This document shows, in pieces, positions 39,399-55,400 of a stretch of DNA of 64,000 bases. How positions within the stretch are numbered: position 1 is the stretch's first letter; each line of letters begins with the position of its first letter. The notes under the pieces were generated by a model. It searched no databases. It worked only from the letters and a program-made list of their open reading frames with translations, and was not told where the DNA came from. Where the stretch lies: contig CM022678.1 in assembly GCA_012295275.1 (NCBI GenBank), positions 11,160,001 through 11,224,000 on the forward strand, written 5' to 3'. The stretch is from Chrysomallon squamiferum. Taxonomy: Eukaryota; Animalia; Mollusca. A program made the translations under genes and the position numbers.

Positions 39399-40071
39399 TT
39401 ATTAATTTTTGTTAATAATCCAGTGTCAAGTGGTATTTGTTTATTTATTAGGCAATATCTTAGAGTCCAGCTATTTCAGTTTTTCTGGGAAAGGAGGTTT
39501 TTATTTTTAATTTGCATATGGAATATCAGTCTACTGGAATAATTCATCTAACCACAGCATTCGTGATTACAAGACACGAAAAGAAGGTATAGAAAACCAT
39601 CCAATCTTTCAAGCTATAAACTGCAGACGAAAACATTTAACAGTGCTGTAAAATCCTTGTCCAAATGAAATTCAATTTAACAAAACTAGTACATCAGAAA
39701 ATGTTTCTGACCACTCAGACTAGACCAGCATTTTTCAGGGTTTTTTTTGTTGGTTTTCTTTTTTTTTTTAAACTGTTTTCATGTCTCAAGGGGAAAAAAA
39801 AAAAAAAAAAAAAATATATATCTCTTTTGTATTTTTGCTGTAGTCACGTGGTAAAATTATTATATATATATATCCCCCGGATAACTGGTTTAAAGAAAAC
39901 AATTATTCCTGCTTTTTGTCAAATTTATTGAAATTGGCGTCCTAAAGACATTGCTAAATGAATTCCCTATGAAATTATAATTGTAAATAATTTAAGAGGT
40001 TCAAATCTTTATTATATCCTAGGTTTTTCCAACAATATGTCGTTCACGTGTAGTAAAATCAGTTAAACAAA

Positions 40072-40106
<35 letters not shown>

Positions 40107-40554
40107 CCAACAACACCCAAGCGTTATTTACTTTTAATGAATCAATATTTATATAATGAATTTAAATTCACGATACACTTAATGACGTCACTTCAGTGGG
40201 AGACTAAAGCCGCAAAGAAAAAAGTGCACGCAGCCATTTCGTGGACTGCAGTACTATATTCTAGACTAATTATCTCAGTTTTCAAGACTGAGTGGTCAGA
40301 AGTATTTTCAGATGTACGAATCTATTGATCATTTTAAGCCCTCTGGAAAAAATGGGTCCCTTTGGACAAAATCTCCTGTTTAAAAAAAAAAAAAAAAACA
40401 TGCACCGAAGTGTTTAAATTTTTATACACGTTTAATCAAATTATTTTCAAAAGTGGTGCTTTCATTTTCTTTATTAATTTATTGTCGTTATTATTATAAT
40501 ATTTCAGATTGTAATTTTAAATTTATCGTTGCTAGTGAAATGTTGACTCACGAC

Positions 40555-40612
<58 letters not shown>

Positions 40613-40624
40613 TGTGGTAGTAGC

Positions 40625-40675
<51 letters not shown>

Positions 40676-41589
40676 TAAATTAACGCCACAGATACGTTTG
40701 AAAGAAAAATATCTGATATCTGCTGGGTCAGGCAGTAATCACAAAATCATACAAATATAGAAACTAGAGCAAATATATAAATAAATACATCGTAGTAGTA
40801 GCAAAAGTAGTGAAAGTAGTAGTAGTAGCAATAGCAGTAGCGTGGTAATAGTAGTAGTAGTAGTAGTAGTAATAACAGTAATTGTAGCAGAAGTAACAGT
40901 TGTGGTAGAATTTATAGTGGTAGTGGTAATAGTACTAATAATTGTAGTATTAGTAGTAGTAGTAAAAATAATGGTAGTAGTAGTAATAATTTTAGTAGTC
41001 TACGTTTTAGAATTTGTTATTATAGATAATAACAAAAGCAGCACTAGTTGTGTAAGTAATAAGAATTGTAGTAGTAGTAGATGAGATAATTAACATTTTT
41101 GTAATCGATCTTTAATATCAAAATAATTACACAAGAATTATATTTTATTGGCAGGTAAAAACTTCTATGATGCGATGTAATTAAACTATAAACAAAAATA
41201 AAGAGAAAACAAATACAACAGAATTTTGCTGAAATAAAAGTGAATTGTTTTCGTACGGCGACAGTCTTCTCATTTGTAACACATGTTAAGTCAGCTTTTC
41301 AAGGCAAAAAAAACAACAACAAAAAAAAAAAACCACTTTGCTTATGTCAGTTACGTCAGTCTTTTGTAAAAGTGACGTTTATTTACGTAATATGCCTACT
41401 TGTTAATTAATGGCTGAACGTGCAGGGAGTAATTAGACGGCACGCACACAATGACATTAATACAATTAGACAAATCAAACGGAACAGCTTTAGGGTTTTT
41501 TCGACGGTTTGGGTTATTCACAATTGCTTTTCCCTCGGCTGTTATTTATGTTACATAATTAACACTGTGTTTTCATTATATAATAATAA

Positions 41590-41620
<31 letters not shown>

Positions 41621-42017
41621 AATTATAATAATAATAATAATTGTTGGTGTTAAATCCATTGCTAATTTATATTTTATAAAATAGTTACGTTCTCCTTAAA
41701 ATAAATGATTTCTTTTATTGTTATTATTATTATTCTTTTATTTTATTATGAAATACATGTTGTTATTTTGATTGGAACTGATATGAAATATCTTATTTTG
41801 TAAGTTATAGTTATTTTAAAACAAATACAGATTTTTCATTTAATTTCGTCCTGCTATCAGTAATATTATGAAATCTATCTCACCAGTGGTTTCATTTATA
41901 TAACGTGCTTAATGAGATAAGTTACATTTATATAATGTCATTAAACAATAAATCAATATAATAACAGATATTATTCAGAAATGTAACTATTTCTTTAGAT
42001 AGTAATATGACACATAA

Positions 42018-42151
42018 GCGGAAGTTACACCGGCAAGTGCAATTGTCTGATAGAAATGGTCAATTGTGTGTACCCCTCTAGGAAGAGTATATATATCACG
42101 TGACCTAACCTAGTCAGTCCTTTTTACTTGCGTGTATCCTTAGCGAGCGAG
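42018..42151 (+). promoter_or_regulatory. EEF1A: EEF1A core promoter and non-coding exon 1 (TATA, E-box, TCT/5'TOP start)
   Basis: GCGGAAGT (Ets-like) at 42018, TATATATAT at 42088-42096, CACGTG at 42097, CCTTTTT at 42119-42125 about 30 nt after the TATA, donor GAG|GTATGG at 42151/42152, next acceptor at 42983-42984. Confidence 0.8.
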
Positions 42152-43015
42152 GTATGGTAGATTTCATTTTTCAATCCATTGGTAATCTGTTAAGCATAAA
42201 GACATCTTTTTAAAATTCTTTGCTAAAAATCTCAGGTAACCTTTGTAAATCATATAAAGTTCATAATAATTTCAGTTTTATAGTATATTTCTTGTTATTT
42301 TCTTCATTGAAAATTTACCAACTGGCGACTTCGTCCACGTTGACTTCATTTTTTTTTTTTTCATTTTTAGTTTGTTCATTACTTTGTCTTAAAATAATAT
42401 TCTAACGCGTTGCTTGTGTGTTGTTTTTATATCGTTATTATCGCGTTTATGTGTAGAAAAAAAATGTATCAAGAAGTATAATTCAATAGTTTATGATATA
42501 TTGTCTGTTAATCGGCTGTCTGGATTTCCTAACTTCGTGAATGTTATTAATAGTAATGTGTAATGGTAGTGAGAAAAAAAAAATTGGTAAATTATATTCC
42601 AGAAAGATAACAGGGCAACAGTTTATTTGTATGTAATTCGTAATACGCCATACTTTTGATACGGTACAACAGACCACGTGGAACTGACCTATCCCGAAAT
42701 AAATTCCTACGCGCAACGACACGTGTCCTCTGAAGATAAGAAAAGTACCACAGTACTTGACCTAATACCCGTACATTAAACGTCTTGGAAATTTTATACG
42801 TAGTTAATACATTTTGACGTAAGAAAATCGTATTGTGGAGTTTTTATTAAAATATTGGCATAGCTGAAAACAGGAACATATTAACCTCGTTTCTGGTAGT
42901 ACTGTGTATCAATGACACGTGTTTACATGATTTGTACAAATGTTGAGCAACCTTCTGTACCTATATTATTTTTTTTACTTTCAGCTTGGATTAATTATCT
43001 TAAACATTAGCAACC

Positions 43016-45802
<2,787 letters not shown>

Positions 45803-46045
45803 TTAGTGGACACATCGATCTTTCCTTTGAAGGGTCGATGCTTCGAAACAAGAAAAACAGTTAAATGTATTACGAAATCTACTAATTTTAAAAAGCTCGC
45901 TCAGCTTGTCACTTTTTCGTGGACTTTTTGGTTGCTGCAGTCAAAACTTCATCGTAAAGAATTCAGAAGGAAAGCAAGGTACACATCCGGCAGGTAGCGG
46001 ATGGTATAATTATTTTATTTGAAAAAAAAAACAAAACAAATTCAC

Positions 46046-46051
46046 AATAAA
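46046..46051 (+). terminator. Probable EEF1A polyadenylation signal
   Basis: AATAAA about 245 nt after the stop, followed by a U/GU-rich downstream tract. Confidence 0.7.
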
Positions 46052-47744
46052 ATTATGTGTATTTATTAGTTTCTTTGTTTTATTTTGCTTCTTTCAGAAG
46101 AGATGGTAATAGATTTGTGCCGTTTAGTGAAATATTTTGGCCCAAACAGTGTAATTACAAATGTTAGTAATGTGGCCCAGTCTTAAGTACTGCTACAATG
46201 ACAGGAATGTCATGTTCCAGCAAGTATTTAACATGAGTGACATAAAACTGTTTTCAAATGTTTTTCATCCTGCAATTCTAAGCTCCTTTCTCTGCAATCA
46301 CAGAACACACATTGAGTTGCACATGAAAACCACATTTTGTTTTTAATAACCATTTCCTAATTTGGTTGAATATTGAGGAAGTAACTTGAATAATTATGTA
46401 AATGAGTAATTTGATAAGTGAAAATTGTTTGTTTGCTAAATTTATTCAAGGACAAGCACATTTCTTGATGAAACTGATGATAAATGTGATTGTCAACTGC
46501 AGCTAATTTTATGGAAAAGAATAAAAGGTATTGAAATACTTTGATCATAAATTGTGGAAGTATTCAGAGTATATAAATTGTACACATTTCTAAAACCAGA
46601 AATTTCAGTAACTAGAGTTCTTGTAAAAATTGCAGAATAAACTTGGAATAATATCATACTTGAAATGTGCAAGTGTTGAACGAACATGTTGGTATCTTTC
46701 AGTACAATGAAACACATAAGACTGGATTTCTAGTGAAAGTTGTTAATTATAATTAACCACACATTTAAAATTTGCTTTCATCTATTATTGTTCTGCCTTG
46801 TCTATAATTTTGAGGTTTTTTTTTAATTTTAATTTTAAGAAAGTCGTATATTTGAATGACATTGTTAAAACTGATAATTTTGATTTAGAAAATGTACAAG
46901 AAATAAAATTCTGTTCATTCATTCAGGTTTATTATATTTTTAAGTTTTTTCTTTTTCTTTATTCTAGTTTAATACTTGTCACTTGAAAAATTTTAAAATG
47001 TTATTTTTGCACAGTTAACTGATAGAGGGGAGATAACTATTACTAAACAGCATGACTTTTTAAAAATGTTATTAGTGTATGACATTTTTGTGTAATATTG
47101 CAAAAAATTTTAAACCAACTTACAGAATTATTTATAATTTTCAACACATGAAACTAGTTGAGTTTGATTTAATTTAGAAATAGAAACATAAGTAGTTTGA
47201 CAAATCTTCATTTGTTTTTGTACTGACATTTTAAAATAACTAATCTGAATAATAATAAAAGGTTTAACAAGTTTCATATAAAATTTAAATCCATCAGAAA
47301 TCCAAAAAGGATAATTTCAATTTTAATTATTTATTATTTTAAAGATTATGATGAGGAGTACATTTTTAGTTTGTCACCCTAAACCAAAGGAGAGTTAAAT
47401 GAGGATGTGTTTGCATTCTTTTCATATCTATAGTATAATAAAATAAAAATCATAACAAAGAATCATAATTGATTTATTTGTGAAAAACATGATATTACAA
47501 ATCTTAACAAAAAAAAGTACACAGCAGAAAGTAAAATTTGGTATTTATCAAAATATAAATGTTGAAAGAAAAAAATTTTCATAACAAAAAATCATGAATT
47601 GATTTTTTTGTGAAAAAATGTTGATGGTTGAAACTGTACAAACTTAAGAAAAACAGTTGACATCATGTTTAAACACTTAAACCATTAAGTGCACCAAAAA
47701 ATATAAATGGATGAAAATTAAAACTTGATTTTTTTTTGCAGTAA

Positions 47745-48060
47745 AAAACAAAACATCAATTTTTAAAATAAAAATGCTAATAAAAAAAAAACAAAACATC
47801 AATTTAAAAATAACATAATTAAAAAACAAAACATCAATTTAAAATAACATAACTAATTAAAAAACAAAACATCAATTTAAAATGGATGAAAATTAAAAAC
47901 AAAACATCAATTTAAAATAACATGCTAATTAAAAAACAAAACATCAATTTAAAATAACATGCTAATTAAAAAAAAAAAAACATCAATTTAAAATAACATG
48001 CTAATTAAAAAAACAAAACATCAATTTAAAATAACATGCTAATTAAAAAAACAAAACAAA
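47745..48060. repeat. A-rich minisatellite, ~37-40-bp unit
   Basis: AAAACAAAACATCAATTTAAAATAACATGCTAATT repeated about 8 times. Confidence 0.88.
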
Positions 48061-48909
48061 CTTGAAACCTCTTAACTGTAAATGATATTCTCAAACAAAT
48101 AATAATAATAATAATTTTAAAAAAGTTTATAAAATTCATTGATATTCTAAATATTTCTAAATTGTTTTTAAATCAAAGTACAAAACGAGATAAACAAGCA
48201 TAAACAGTCAGTGGTAGGATTATTTTTAGATCACCTGTTATTCCATTCCAAACATTACTCCATGATTTCTTTATGCTGTATATGATCTTTCCTGTCTACT
48301 GATATTAGAAGGTGTTGCTATGACAACAGCAGATTTGTTAAAAGATTCAAGAAATCACCAGTTATTACTAGATGAACAAATAATTTATTATTTTATCCAT
48401 TTTAATTTTCAGGAGAATGTGAAAATGAACGATATGAATAATAAATTTTCATAGAAAATTGTGGTTCCTCAATATTACCATTATTAGTTTAAACCTTAAC
48501 AACTTGTGGGAGTATAAACTGTAATTAACTTTGTAAAAAAAAAAAAAAAACCACAAAAATTTGTTGCCTTAATATTGTTATCTCCCCTATCTGTACACTA
48601 AAAAGTAATAACAATGGGAATAAATTTGTATAAAAACAATATTCAAAAATACACAATGAAGAAAACAGCTAAACAAAAATTAACAAAAACATATTTAGAG
48701 AAAAAAATGAATACAAAATTATTGTTATTAAAATTTGTTTACTGTATCTATCTTTGTATTTATTCTTATATACATGACATTACATATGTGTATTACATCA
48801 TTCCATGCTATATCTGTAGCACCTGTGGAAAGCACACAGTAAACTAATCTGCTTCACTGGGTGTGCAGAACTATTTGTATTGCACTTTATTGGATCTTAG
48901 AATTATTTT

Positions 48910-49260
48910 ATCACTAATCTATTTGAAACTGTAGATTTGTCATCACTAATCTATTTCAAACTGTAGATTTGTCATCACTGATCTATTTGAAACTGTAGAT
49001 TTGTCATCATTGATCTATTTCAAACTAAATTTGTCATCACTGATCTATTTTAAACTAGATTTGTCATCATTGATCTATTTCAAACTGTAAATTTGTCCTC
49101 ACTGATCTATTTCAAACAAGATTTATCATCACTAATCTATTTCAAACTAGATTTATCATCACTAATCTATTTCAAACTGTAGATTTGTCATCACTAATCT
49201 ATTTCAAACTAGATTTATCATCACTAATCTATTTCAAACTGTAGATTTTCTACTACTGAT
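48910..49260. repeat. Minisatellite, 30-32-bp unit
   Basis: TCATCACTRATCTATTTCAAACT(GT)AGATTTG repeated about 11 times. Confidence 0.9.
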
Positions 49261-49894
49261 AATGGAAATAAAAGATTTCTAAAAAGAGATTCATAAACAG
49301 AAAATATTGAATTCTATTAATCATAAACATTTTTAAAAAGACACACCAGAATACAACAAATATTTGTAAGAACATGGAATTTAAAACTTGAAATATTTTT
49401 GATCCAAGAAGAGATCAAACATGATTAACAAATATGTATATTGCACTTTTCAGCAGACTTTGGATACACTTTTAACATGCATGAACTGTTATGATTATCT
49501 CTCATCTATGATTTCATTTAACTGTATCAGTACACCTAGGAATTCTTTCGCAGTACACAAATGTATAATTGAGCACAAATTAATTCAGCGAGAGCAAAAA
49601 ACACATACCAGTGAGACTGATTTTCAACTTGTTTGTTAACTTCGATTTGAATTTGTAAATAATTTCTAGTAATCAAATCTAACTCCTCCATGACCCTAGT
49701 TTATTAGCTGACTTCAAGTGACATTATGAGAAAATCTTTTTGTTTTCATTCTCTTGAATTTAACAAAATGATAATAATAATAGTAGTAGTAGTAGTAGTA
49801 ATATAAATACTAATAACAACAATAAAAGGTGACCCATCAGAGAGAAAACTCGTACATTTATTATTGTAAATACTGTCAAAAATGTTAAAATAAT

Positions 49895-51185
49895 TTCTAA
49901 AAAATGTTTTTAAAAAATAATTTAATTTAAATAGCAATGCCCTGATGCCAATTTACAGTGTTTCAGAGAAAAGCCAGCCGAGATACAAAATTATTTCAAA
50001 TAAATTTTAAATTTTAAATATGGGTCTCCTTTTTATGAGATAACAGAATTAGCCATTTTAAATGATATAAACAGTTCGATGTAACATAAGGAAAGTATAT
50101 ACATATTTAAAAAAAAAAAAAAAAAGCAGAAAATATTCTTATAAAGTTAAGCTATTAAACTGTCTTTATTTTTAAAAATACAAAAAGTATAACAAGAAGG
50201 TGGAATGCACAATACAAACCAAGAAGTAATTTTATTATAAATCTGCAAGCAGAAAGACATTTAGTCAAAACTTGTAAACAGACGTAGTAAAGTTTGAATA
50301 CCAAGCAATGCCCACTCAGAAGATAATTTGTAAAAATTTATATACCAACATTACAAATAACTGTGTAAACAATAAAAATCACACAAAATCCTGCATCATT
50401 CAGTAAAGAAACATTTTTAACTGTATTGAAAAAAATGCTAAAACCATTTAAAAAATGTTTTTAAAAAATAATTTCCTTTAAATAGCAATGCCCTGATGCT
50501 AAATTCAGTGTTTAGAAAAATTCAGATACCAACCCAAATAACTTTTTGTTTTAAATATGGGTCTCTTTTTATGAGATATGTCACATTTTATTAAACCTAC
50601 TATATACATATTGTTAAAAAATATTCTTATGTTAAGCTATTAAACTGTTATTTTAAAAATACAAAAATTCCCAAGTTGAATTTCTATTTTTGATTCTGTT
50701 TTAGTCAAAATAAAGCAGCTCCTGTTTGAATAGTCAATGCCCCCAGAAGATAATTTGTAAAAATTTATATACCAACATTACAAATAACTGTGTAAACAAT
50801 TCTAAAATCACGTTCAGTTATGAAACATTTTTAACTTCCATTCAAACCATTTGTGTAACTTCCACTAACAACAAATTACTTCAAGCTAATCCTGTGTTGC
50901 TCCTGCTAAAAAATACCATCTAATTTACACTGAATCCAAAGTTATTCCTCCTGATACCATATTATTCAAACTAATTTATTTTACTAATTCCCAAGTTGTC
51001 TTATTCAGGAAACAGCAGCTCCTTCTTGTGTCAGTATTATTCTAAAATCACCATTATTCATCCATTGATTCCTGGGTAACTCCACTAACAACAAATTGCT
51101 AATATTATTCTAAAAATATAGTTTACACTGAATCCAAACTTATTCCTCCTGATACCATATTATTCAAACTGATTTATTTTACTCT
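49895..51185. repeat. Nested degenerate local duplications
   Basis: ~49900-50400 is recopied at ~50450-50830 (shared AAATAGCAATGCCCTGATGC and AGAAGATAATTTGTAAAAATTTATATACCAACATTACAAATAACTGTGTAAACAAT); ~50855-50985 is recopied at ~51077-51185. Confidence 0.8.
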
Positions 51186-51209
51186 GTCTTATTCATACCG
51201 ATTCTTGTG

Positions 51210-51430
51210 TCACTCCTGCAATATTATTCATATTGATACCTGGGTAACTCCTGCAATATTATTCATATTGATACCTGGGTAACTCCTGCAATATTATTCA
51301 TATAGATACCTGTGTCACTCCTGCAATATTATTCATATTGATACCTGGGTAACTCCTGCAATATTTTTCATATTGATACCTGTGTAACTCCTGCAACATT
51401 ATTCATACTGATGCCTGTATTACTCCTACT
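51210..51430. repeat. Minisatellite, 35-bp unit x ~6
   Basis: CTCCTGCAATATTATTCATATTGATACCTGGGTAA repeated in tandem. Confidence 0.92.
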
Positions 51431-52216
51431 TTTAATAATAATGACTGTAAAATAAACACATCAATATGGATGCAGAACTACTTAAGATCAAACCATTGTA
51501 TAACTGAATCTAACATTAGAGATTTTGTGAGACATTTTGGGATTAACTGAAAGCAACTGATCCTGGCAATAAATGAAATATTTTATATATCGTAATTTGT
51601 TCAATATATTTAAAGAATTATGACAAACCAAAAAAATATTTTCTTACTGTATTAAATAAAAGAAAAGAAAAAATGAACACCCCAAAAAAAGCCCATGAAA
51701 CAAAAGAGCTACATTTCAGATAAAATTTAAAATGTTTTTTTTTTTTATCATAACATTGTTAAACAAAACACAAAACAAACAAAAGCTGAACTATGTTTCT
51801 GACTACAATGAACACACATATTTTGAAAAATGTACAAGCACACTGTTATGAAATTAAATATCTGTAAATGCTGCGATCATATTTTAAAGATTAAGGCTTG
51901 CTTAGCATAATAATACTGAACAAAAGAAATCTCACAAAGCATCAAAACAAAAAAAGTTTTAAACAGTTGTAAAAACAAAACATTTTAACAAAATACTCGG
52001 TGAGGAATGACTTGTTCAAAAACAGTCGTAACATTTTTGTGTAAAACAACAAAAAAAAATTAAAAATTAAAAAAATAACAAGAAGATTTTTAGAAAAGTA
52101 TTCAGTAACAATAACAATGGCAAATTGATATATGTTATTACACACAACAGTGACTTTGTATGCATGTACTTGTTAGACGGAAATATCATGAATATTCATA
52201 AGATTTGGGTGTGTTT

Positions 52217-52448
52217 TCACCGGGTGCGTTCAGCCACCCAAGCCAAATACGTGTTCCACCCAAACGCAACAAAGTTTATAAACAGAACACTGAAAAAAAA
52301 ACAAAAAAAACATGGTGAATAATAACAAGATGAGTTCTGCAAAAGTGAAAGAGCAAAAACACTTGTTTGAAACTGATTTTAGTAAGAAAAAAAACTAAAA
52401 AACAAAAAAGGAAAATTAAAAATAAAACAATCAGATTTAAAAAAATTA

Positions 52449-52483
<35 letters not shown>

Positions 52484-55400
52484 ACAAATAAATAAATAAA
52501 GTAAAGTAAAATAATAATAATAAAAAAGACAAAGAACAGGTAAAAAATAAAGAGGCAAAATTAATTAATACTAATAATAACAAAAAATCGTCTGTAACAA
52601 AAGTTCATTTCATTTTGTAACTGAAATTCAAAGACAATATTTAGAAAACTGTACACCGATTTATTCAGCCGTTTTCTTCACCTTTTCAAATATGTACACA
52701 TGTCATATAATTCAGTGAAAAGAAATCAAACGCTCAGAAACCACAAAGTTCTACAAACGTTTGTTCTAACCCAATTAAAAAATTTGTTTAAAAAAAAAGT
52801 TATTTTTAGAATAAACAGGAAGTGGAACTCACCGATGGTGGAGGGGCACAAAGTAGAAGTTGATCAACTGAGTGGCCGGCCACAGCTGAAACAAACCAGT
52901 AAATAATAACAACAGATGTAGTAGTAGTAGCAGTAGTAGTAATAACAGATGTAGTAGTAGTAGCAGTAATAACAGATGTAGTAGTAGTAGTAATAGCAGC
53001 AGTAGTAGTAGCAGTAGTAGCACAACAGATGTAGTAGTAGTAGTAGCAGTAGTAATAATAACAACAGATGTAGTAGTAGTAGCAGTAGCAGTAGTAATAG
53101 CAGTAGTAATAACAGATGTAGTAGTAGCAGTAGTAGTAATAGTAGTAGTAATAATAATAATAACAACAGATTTAGTAGTAGCAGCAGCAGCAGTTTTAGT
53201 AGTAGTACTAATGGTAATAATAATAACATCAGATGTAGTAGTAGTAGTATAGTAGTAATAATAATAACAACAGACATAGTAGTCGTAATAGCAGTAGTAG
53301 TAGTAGCAGCAGCAGCAGTTGTAGTAGTAATAATAATAGCAGCAGTAATAATAGTGATAACAACAACTATAATAGTAATAACAGTAGGAAGAGTAATAGT
53401 AGTAGTGTTAGCAGTAGCAGTGGTAGTAGTAGTAATAATAGTAGTAGTGTTAGCAGTAGCAGTGGTAGTAGTAGTAATAATAGTAGTAGTGTTAGCAGTA
53501 GCAGTGGTAGTAGTAGTAATAATAGTAGTAGTGTTAGCAGTAGCAGTGGTAGTAGTAGTAATAATATATACAACAAACATAATACCTTGTAGTTACTGAA
53601 AAGAACAGATGGAAAATCCTGGAAAAGAAAAGAACAGGAAAAATTCTCATAATAAAAATTTCTTACAAATCTAAAGATAAAAAATTAGTTATTTATTTTC
53701 ATTTATTTTTTTGCTGTATTTCCTGAATTGAACATTTTTAGTTTAAAGTTATCTATGAACAAACAGACTTTAAATTTCAGAATGATGAATATTCTAATCT
53801 CTATAGGGTTGTATGTACCTAGTACGGTTTTAGTGAGTATTAAAGTAAAAATTAATTTTAGATTTATATCATTTTCAACCATTTTGTTGGTTTTAAAATT
53901 TTCTCTTCATCGTAAATATTAAGATAAAAAAAAGAAGAAAATTACAGATTTATAATATCAAATGATTTACAATTATTTTGAGTTTTCAAATCTTTACCCC
54001 ATGGTAAACATTAAGACATATTTTTTCTTCTGATTTCTCATATTTCTATCTGAATTTCACATTTTACAATCATTTTTATTTTAAAAATCTTCCCTTTATA
54101 GTAAATATTTAGATAAAAATATATATAAGATATTTCTGTCTAACTTACTTGTTTTACAATAATTTTGATTGTTTTAAAATCTTCTCTTTGTAGTAAATAT
54201 TAAGATAAAAACATAAATAAGATATTTCTGTCTCACTCACTCTTTTTACAATCATTTTTATTGTTTTCCAGTCTTCACCTCGCAATAAGGACATTCCAGA
54301 CAAAAAAATTGTCAAGATACATGGAGCAAAGCAAATCTGAAAATAAATGAAAATATTTTAGATATTCTGTAAATATTTGTTATTTTACTGTTTTTCAAAA
54401 TGTGATACATGCAAAATTTATAAAATGAAGATCAAAATCTTCTCCATTTATTTAAAAAATGAAACAATGTATTAGTTAAGTAGATAAAAAAATAAATAAA
54501 ACAAAAAGAAATTAAAAAAAATATAAAAATAAATAAATAAATAAATAATAATAATCATAATTATTATGTTTAACTAGCTAATGTAAAATAATGTATTTAA
54601 TATGTTGCAGAAAAGAAAATAAACTAAGAAATCTAAATAAATCTGAATTTTGAATAACTCCAGGTTAAAATATAAAATATTTAACCATTAAAATAATCAT
54701 GGTCTTTCTTTTCTCAACTAACCTGTTACTTTATTCATTTCAAATTTTCTTTTTTACATTATTAGGCCACTTTAAAAATCAGTTGGTTACTGCCCATTTT
54801 CAATCCATTCTTAAATTTAAATTTTTATTTTTGAATTATATTTTTATCTTCAAAATAATATGTTTATTTTTAGCAAAAAAAAAAATATCAAGAATAATCA
54901 GCTTATGAAGTTGAAATAAGATGTAAAACTAACTGTTGTTGTTGTCAGCTTTCTCATTTAACTGTACCATATCTCTACCACTTCAAAGACAATGTTGACA
55001 TTTCCATTTAACCATACTTGACAACAGAAAATAAATAAAGACAATTAAATTTTTAACCTTTTTAAACCATTAATGTCCAGCTCAATCAGATCAATTTTTA
55101 AAATGAACGAAAAAACGAAAGATATATATTTAAAGGAGAAAAACTTGAATATTACCTTTTTGTTTCATTGTCATTATCATCATCATTATATTATGTTCAC
55201 TATTAGTTATTATTATTTTTATTATTATTATTATTATTATTATCACTATTATTATTATTATTATTATTGCTACTATTATTATGATTATATTGTTATTATC
55301 ATTATTATTATTATTGCTAGTGTTACTGCTATTATTATTATTATTATTATTATTACTATTATCATTATAAATCTTGTTGTTCCCATTTTTATTGTGTCTA

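Noticed and set aside
52864-53580. 238-aa Thr/Leu/Tyr-rich ORF resembling a mucin
   Set aside because: It lies essentially within an MPV17 intron and is a compound trinucleotide repeat.
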